51,275 bases of DNA from a virus (taxonomy: Duplodnaviria; Caudoviricetes): the IMG/VR virus record IMGVR_UViG_3300030107_006445, positions 1 to 51,275 of that record; one strand, 5' to 3'. Numbering within the stretch: position 1 is the first letter of the stretch; the number at the start of each line of letters is the position of its first letter. Under the pieces are notes generated by a model that saw nothing but the letters and a program-made list of their open reading frames with translations, searched no databases and was not told where the DNA came from. Both the position numbers and the translations under genes were made by a program. Below are positions 46,716-51,275 of the stretch, in pieces.

Positions 46716-47669
46716 TTAGAAGAACAGCTTGGAAGCAAAATTGCCAATCCAAGAAAGTTCTGCGGGCAAAAACGAATTTATAGCATGTCTTGTTAGGGCT
46801 GACGATCCTGCATTTTTAACTGCTTTCTTCACATTGTCTCCCGCAGCCAATCTAGAAATAACATCCACTCCTGCACCAGCAGCAGTAGCCATCACTCTGT
46901 TCCTGTTTACGAATTTCTCACCGACCCTTCTTGCTCGCTCCATCGTCGATGGAGCTTGTGTTATGGCACTGTCAAAATCTTCTTGGCCAACTTTAGAAAA
47001 AGTTGGATACGAAAGAGATGTTCCTGGAATATTCAAAGTTGGATCTGAGCCCAAAGTTGTCCCACTAGTAACAACACCATCTTCTAAAAGCCCAGCCTTG
47101 CTAAGCTGATCAAAATCTTGCTCCATTCCAAAACTTGTTGCCAATTCTCTATTGGCTAATTCAGGAACGTAAAATTGCCCAGCAGCAAGACCGTCGTCAG
47201 CAAGTTTATAGCCAGCCGACTTAGATGCCTCAAGAGCTTGTGATGGTAGTTGGCCAAAAGTTTCTTTCGCTCCTGCTAACAACCTTTGTCCTGCTGACCT
47301 GTCTTGAAGTGCAGGATCTAAATAACCAGTGACCATTTGCTCTACTGCCTGAATGGCTACCATAGGGATTACACCTTTGGTTATGATTTCAGACACAGAC
47401 GGCAAATTAGGATTTGATCCCTCTTGCGCTTCTAATTCTTGCTTTGCTTGTTCATAACTTTCCAGAAACGCTTGGTCTCTAGGGTCAGCTGGATTATATT
47501 TCCTGTCACCTGTTTGTACACGGTCAACGAACTGGAATTGCGGCATAGCACCAGTGCCATAAACGTTCTGCAGTTGTGCCGGATCAATATTCGGAGTAAA
47601 AGTACTCGTTTGATAAACAGGATATCTGTCCTCTCCTGTCAGTCCTGTCAATGCACCAGCCTCAGCCAT
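46716..47669 (-). CDS. Putative internal virion protein
   Basis: 317 aa; starts MAEAGALTGL; amphipathic C-terminus. Confidence 0.5.
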   Translation of the reverse strand: MAEAGALTGLTGEDRYPVYQTSTFTPNIDPAQLQNVYGTGAMPQFQFVDRVQTGDRKYNPADPRDQAFLESYEQAKQELEAQEGSNPNLPSVSEIITKGVIPMVAIQAVEQMVTGYLDPALQDRSAGQRLLAGAKETFGQLPSQALEASKSAGYKLADDGLAAGQFYVPELANRELATSFGMEQDFDQLSKAGLLEDGVVTSGTTLGSDPTLNIPGTSLSYPTFSKVGQEDFDSAITQAPSTMERARRVGEKFVNRNRVMATAAGAGVDVISRLAAGDNVKKAVKNAGSSALTRHAINSFLPAELSWIGNFASKLFF

Positions 47670-47991
47670 TTTTCACCTCCAAAAAACTCGCCACAACGTG
47701 CAATCGGTTTGCGTTGCCTGCGGTGACTTTTAATATCTCTGATTCTTCAACAACCAAAGGTTGCGTCAGCAATTCAGCCGTTCCATTTGCAACAGTTGCT
47801 TTTGTTGTATAAATAGCAAAAACAGCATCCGAAGCATTCGTTATTGTCAATGTGATGGTTGAAGTAGATCCACTATCATCAGCCACCAAAATAGATTTAA
47901 AAACAGCAGACGTAGCAGATGGCGCAGTGTAAAGCGTCGTTACATCTGTTGATGTTAAATCTAGTTTCGCATTTTTGTAATAATTAGCCAA
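47662..47991 (-). CDS. Small tail/structural protein
   Basis: TTLYTAPS..KSILV..ILKV...LHVVAS.LE; T/S/A-rich beta protein. Confidence 0.65.
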   Translation of the reverse strand: MANYYKNAKLDLTSTDVTTLYTAPSATSAVFKSILVADDSGSTSTITLTITNASDAVFAIYTTKATVANGTAELLTQPLVVEESEILKVTAGNANRLHVVASFLEVKNG

Positions 47992-48145
47992 AGAACCAAC
48001 CTATTGCTTCTGCGTTCTGTTGAGCGACAAATGTAGAAGCGTCCTGAGAAAAGCTGTCTCGGCCGAACTTGTCTCGCAATACTTGATTAATCGTGTTTGC
48101 CCAAAATTTTTGATAATTTTCTGGTGCGTCTGGTAAATTTATCAT
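47984..48145 (-). CDS. Small tail-module protein (not in ORF track)
   Basis: MINLPDAPENY...AIGWFFG, 53 aa; ATGA overlap with the nozzle gene. Confidence 0.6.
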   Translation of the reverse strand: MINLPDAPENYQKFWANTINQVLRDKFGRDSFSQDASTFVAQQNAEAIGWFFG

Positions 48146-50037
48146 CTGCCACCGTCCTGTTTAGCATTGATTCTTATTTCACCTAGTTCCCAACTGTCTG
48201 AAGATCCGGAGCTAGAAACTTTAAATTTCATCTGGCGACCTTTAGCTCTCACACTCACTTTTCCTGTCGAACTTGTGAAGTCAAATGGCCCTTTAACAAC
48301 AGCGGTTGAAGAAGGATACTTTTTAGAAGTTGCTGTTATGTTTAGAGTTGTGTCTGCTGACATTGTTGCATCCGGGACTATTTTATCAACAAGAAAAATA
48401 GAATCTCCTCCCTGAGATAACTCTAAATAGCTGCTTTCTATATATGAACTCATCGCATCTCCCGCAGCATCTGTACCAGATTCCTGATTATATAATACGC
48501 CAGAGCTGTTAAAAGAGAAAGGAACCTGTCTTGGGCCAAAAGAGTCTGACCAGCAAGTCCTGTCCATAGCCCCAACAGACCATAAATTCTCTGCATAATT
48601 AAACATAACATAGCTGTCTGGTTCAGGATCTGAAGTGTCGGAATTGTCTGTGCTTACATAAAACCACATAACTTCATTGAATTCCTTGTTGTGAGCTGCA
48701 AAACTTTTATCTATATAGTCTCTCTGTATCCTGTCAAAAACATAATGCCTAACAGGACAAGATATTTCTTGCACTCCGCCAGAAAAAGCAAAAAAGTTAG
48801 ATTTGCCCATCCAATAAACTATCCCATCAACATCAATAGCTGTATTTTTGCCGCCAACTCCGCAGTTTGTCGCTAAAAGTTGAAAACTAAAAACGAAAGG
48901 TGGGCCGACAAAAGCCATTCCATAAACACCTTCGTCAGTGCCTATGAATGTCTGGTTACGAGTTGGAAGAGCACAGACAATTTTGGTGCCAACTTCTAAT
49001 CTTTGATCACCTGATGTGTTGGTTGTTGTTGGAGTCCAATCTACAAAGTCTTCCTGATCTGACCACCTCACAAGCATCGGATCCATGACCGAAGTCCCTA
49101 ATGTATTGACGCCAGCGCATATAAAATGTCGGTCTGGGAAAGAAACTGATGTCACTCTGGCAGCAACTGGGACGTTAGAGGCTCCAGATTCTGCGGAAAC
49201 AAGTGTTGCTCTATTACCAATTCCACCTGACGTGTCCCAATAATAAAGATCGTGTCCCCTTACTGTTGCAAGAAGATCTTCTCCCCAAAGATTAAGGCTC
49301 CATTGGCTATTCTCTGCTTTCACGTCTGATTCGTCAGTAGACCGAGCTGTGCCCCATGTAGAGCCTCCCCATCCGCCAACACCCCAACCAAGAGCAGCAA
49401 CAGCAGTCTGGACTCCTAATCCGTCTGAGTTGCCAATCAGATATTTTATAGACGTTGTGCCTCCGCCTGATGCAGTGCTTGTCGCGGCAGACTCTAGCGT
49501 TATTTCATAACTGTTTGCATTAACAACTTTCGTTATCTGATGCCCTTTGTATTGATTAAGAGTGTCTGTGGTTACACCACCAACTGCCGAAGCAGCACTG
49601 ATAACCACCCAATCGCCAACCGAAGCTCCGTGCGACGTGTCTGCTATGGTAACAGTTGTTGAGCTTGCTGTTGTTATTGGGTTACTGAGTCCGGCTTGCG
49701 TTGCTCTTAAAGGAGTTATGTCATACAAATAACCGTTCTTGAGTATATATAAATGGTCAGAAGTTCCTATAGCCATATAATCTTCTGAATCACTTACCGC
49801 TCTCCAGAAAACTAAATTTCTGGCTGGATCCTGCAGCGTCATCTCAGTTGTTGAAACTGCACCAGCCGTAGTCAGACCATAAATTATTTCTTTCGTCCAG
49901 CCGCCCAGCTTCTGTGGATATCCATTAACAAACCTTATCAAGTCACTATCTGTCCAATATGGACCAATAAGACCCGAAGAATATTCAGTGGTGTCTTTTA
50001 CAACACCACCTTTTATTTTCAATGGTACCAGAGGCAT
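48142..50037 (-). CDS. Tail nozzle/DNA stabilisation protein (P22 gp10-like)
   Basis: 631 aa beta-rich; WGEDL, DPMLVRWSDQE, GPPFVF, YWMG, NEVMWFY. Confidence 0.75.
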   Translation of the reverse strand: MPLVPLKIKGGVVKDTTEYSSGLIGPYWTDSDLIRFVNGYPQKLGGWTKEIIYGLTTAGAVSTTEMTLQDPARNLVFWRAVSDSEDYMAIGTSDHLYILKNGYLYDITPLRATQAGLSNPITTASSTTVTIADTSHGASVGDWVVISAASAVGGVTTDTLNQYKGHQITKVVNANSYEITLESAATSTASGGGTTSIKYLIGNSDGLGVQTAVAALGWGVGGWGGSTWGTARSTDESDVKAENSQWSLNLWGEDLLATVRGHDLYYWDTSGGIGNRATLVSAESGASNVPVAARVTSVSFPDRHFICAGVNTLGTSVMDPMLVRWSDQEDFVDWTPTTTNTSGDQRLEVGTKIVCALPTRNQTFIGTDEGVYGMAFVGPPFVFSFQLLATNCGVGGKNTAIDVDGIVYWMGKSNFFAFSGGVQEISCPVRHYVFDRIQRDYIDKSFAAHNKEFNEVMWFYVSTDNSDTSDPEPDSYVMFNYAENLWSVGAMDRTCWSDSFGPRQVPFSFNSSGVLYNQESGTDAAGDAMSSYIESSYLELSQGGDSIFLVDKIVPDATMSADTTLNITATSKKYPSSTAVVKGPFDFTSSTGKVSVRAKGRQMKFKVSSSGSSDSWELGEIRINAKQDGGR

Positions 50038-50561
50038 TAAACATACTCTCCTGACTGTAATCCTAATCCAAAACTACAAGTCTCGTCATTCCTTCTTAAC
50101 CAGCCTTTGCCAAAAGTATCAAAAGTTGATAGTCTTTGGTAAAAGCTCTTTCTTTCTTCTGAAAGATTCAGTATAACATTTTCCGGATCACAATCGTGTG
50201 TTTTCTTTACAGTGATTGGTCCAATGACACCATCGTCTGTCACTCCTACGATTCTTTGCAATGCCTTGCTCGCCCTAGAAACACCTGAGTTCACCGACCA
50301 ATCAAAAACTGAAAAATCAACTCCATTGGGCAAATCGTCACCTTTCACCTTGTCCCAGTAATTTTCCTTGTAGATGTTTCGGACATCCCCAATTTCCATG
50401 TCCTTCATTTCTTGTTCTGTTGCTGGTCTGCCTAGATATTTCTCGTAAACTTTTTGAGTGATGCCCATGTTTGTACGACCTCCTGGATCGTCAGGATGAT
50501 TTACATAGCCACCTTCGTGCTCCAAAACTTTGTCCAAGCTCTTTGCGAAATTTTCTTTCAT
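50037..50561 (-). CDS. Endolysin, glycoside hydrolase family 108 with PG-binding domain
   Basis: HEGGYVNHPDDPGGRTNMGIT, DGVIGP.T, FGKGWLRR. Confidence 0.92.
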   Translation of the reverse strand: MKENFAKSLDKVLEHEGGYVNHPDDPGGRTNMGITQKVYEKYLGRPATEQEMKDMEIGDVRNIYKENYWDKVKGDDLPNGVDFSVFDWSVNSGVSRASKALQRIVGVTDDGVIGPITVKKTHDCDPENVILNLSEERKSFYQRLSTFDTFGKGWLRRNDETCSFGLGLQSGEYV

Positions 50562-50935
50562 TATTTTTTGAACCCTTTTATGCCGCGAATCCCAAACGAT
50601 GCCGCAATGCTAGCATACATAGCATATGTAAACCAATCAGGAGCAACCTCTAACGCTGCAAAACCTTCCGCAATATATGGCCTACACCAAGGAACGAACG
50701 ATAACGCTATTATTGCAATAAATAAAATAGTCCATGCTTCGTCTTTCCAACTGTCTTGGCTTGCTTCAGCCATAATCTTTTCCCAGCCAGCCTCATGCGT
50801 AGCAGCAACTTTCATCACTTCTGCTTCTGCTTCTGCCCTAGCTATGGTTGCTTTTGCTTTGGCCTTTGTTTTTTCAACACGACCCTCTACAAAAGTATTT
50901 GCTAGGTTTGCTATCGGTCCAAGAAAATTTAACAT
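50561..50935 (-). CDS. Putative holin
   Basis: SWKDE followed by two TM helices and a basic C-terminus; adjacent to endolysin. Confidence 0.6.
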   Translation of the reverse strand: MLNFLGPIANLANTFVEGRVEKTKAKAKATIARAEAEAEVMKVAATHEAGWEKIMAEASQDSWKDEAWTILFIAIIALSFVPWCRPYIAEGFAALEVAPDWFTYAMYASIAASFGIRGIKGFKK

Positions 50936-50943
50936 TTTATCTC

Positions 50944-51084
50944 CTAAACAAGTCTGTCGATGCGATTGCCCTTACAGGGTCGTTCAACTTCCTTTTTCTG
51001 CTCCATCTGCTCAGGTGGTCGGACAGGCTCCTGTCTTTGCACAGGAACAATTGGCTTATTGGTTACACCACTCACTTCGCTCAT
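50944..51084 (-). CDS. Small hypothetical protein (not in ORF track)
   Basis: MSEVSGVTNKP...RIDRLV, 46 aa; ATGA overlap. Confidence 0.4.
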   Translation of the reverse strand: MSEVSGVTNKPIVPVQRQEPVRPPEQMEQKKEVERPCKGNRIDRLV

Positions 51085-51275
51085 TTTTTACTCATCCAAG
51101 CAGTTACACCCATATAAGCTCCAACAACACCAGCTAGGGCAATATAAAATAACCCTAACAAATCAGATAATGCGCTAACACGGGAGTCTGGTATGACCGG
51201 AGTAAATAACAGAATAGTCCCCATAATCATAGCAGCCATTGCTACCCAAGCCATTTGCTTCTGGGCTTCACTTTT
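51081..51275 (-). CDS. Two-TM membrane protein (holin-like), 5' end outside window
   Basis: ...QMAWVAMAAMIMGTILLF...LLGLFYIALAGVVGAYMGVTAWMSKK*. Confidence 0.6.
   Translation of the reverse strand, partial: KSEAQKQMAWVAMAAMIMGTILLFTPVIPDSRVSALSDLLGLFYIALAGVVGAYMGVTAWMSKK

Larger units (their letters stand above)
1..51275. mobile_element. Tailed dsDNA phage genome (near-complete, podovirus-like morphogenesis module, DnaE-based replication)
   Basis: Terminase, portal, capsid, tail nozzle, endolysin and replication genes; dense strand-coherent blocks; no tape measure, sheath, integrase or host housekeeping genes recognised. Confidence 0.97.

Noticed and set aside
50454-51137. 227-aa plus-strand ORF
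   Set aside because: Antisense to the holin and endolysin genes; no RBS or motif
1-51275. Stop-codon reassignment
   Set aside because: Long conserved genes are intact under the standard code, and TAA, TAG and TGA all act as stops
1-51275. Prophage/lysogeny module, introns or inteins
   Set aside because: No integrase, repressor or att context recognised; TerL, DnaE and the helicases have normal or short lengths with no insertion

Overview
The window is most of a tailed dsDNA bacteriophage genome. It is probably a podovirus-like, lytic phage of aquatic origin, and no integrase, tRNA or CRISPR array was seen. Minus-strand morphogenesis genes occupy 1-17.6 kb (tail fibre fragment, adaptors, major capsid, scaffold, GroES, portal, terminase) and 41.4-51.3 kb (putative ejection proteins, tail nozzle, GH108 endolysin, holins). 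The plus-strand block at 23.6-41.3 kb encodes replication and nucleotide metabolism: AEP primase, UvrD, a FAD protein, variant ThyX, a pyrimidine-dimer glycosylase-like protein, HAD phosphatase, DEDDh exonuclease, DnaE, SNF2 helicase and a PD-(D/E)xK nuclease. About nine copies of one promoter+RBS motif punctuate 23-38 kb. The most unusual signal is a family of about 13 proteins sharing a terminal [GS]-A-L-x-x-[LI] motif. It includes a five-gene tandem array (17968-22320) whose leaders carry a twin-arginine (Tat)-like signal, fused to divergent acidic or ADP-ribosyltransferase-like cargo domains. This is a candidate modular effector-targeting system. All family assignments come from motif recognition by eye, not from database searches.
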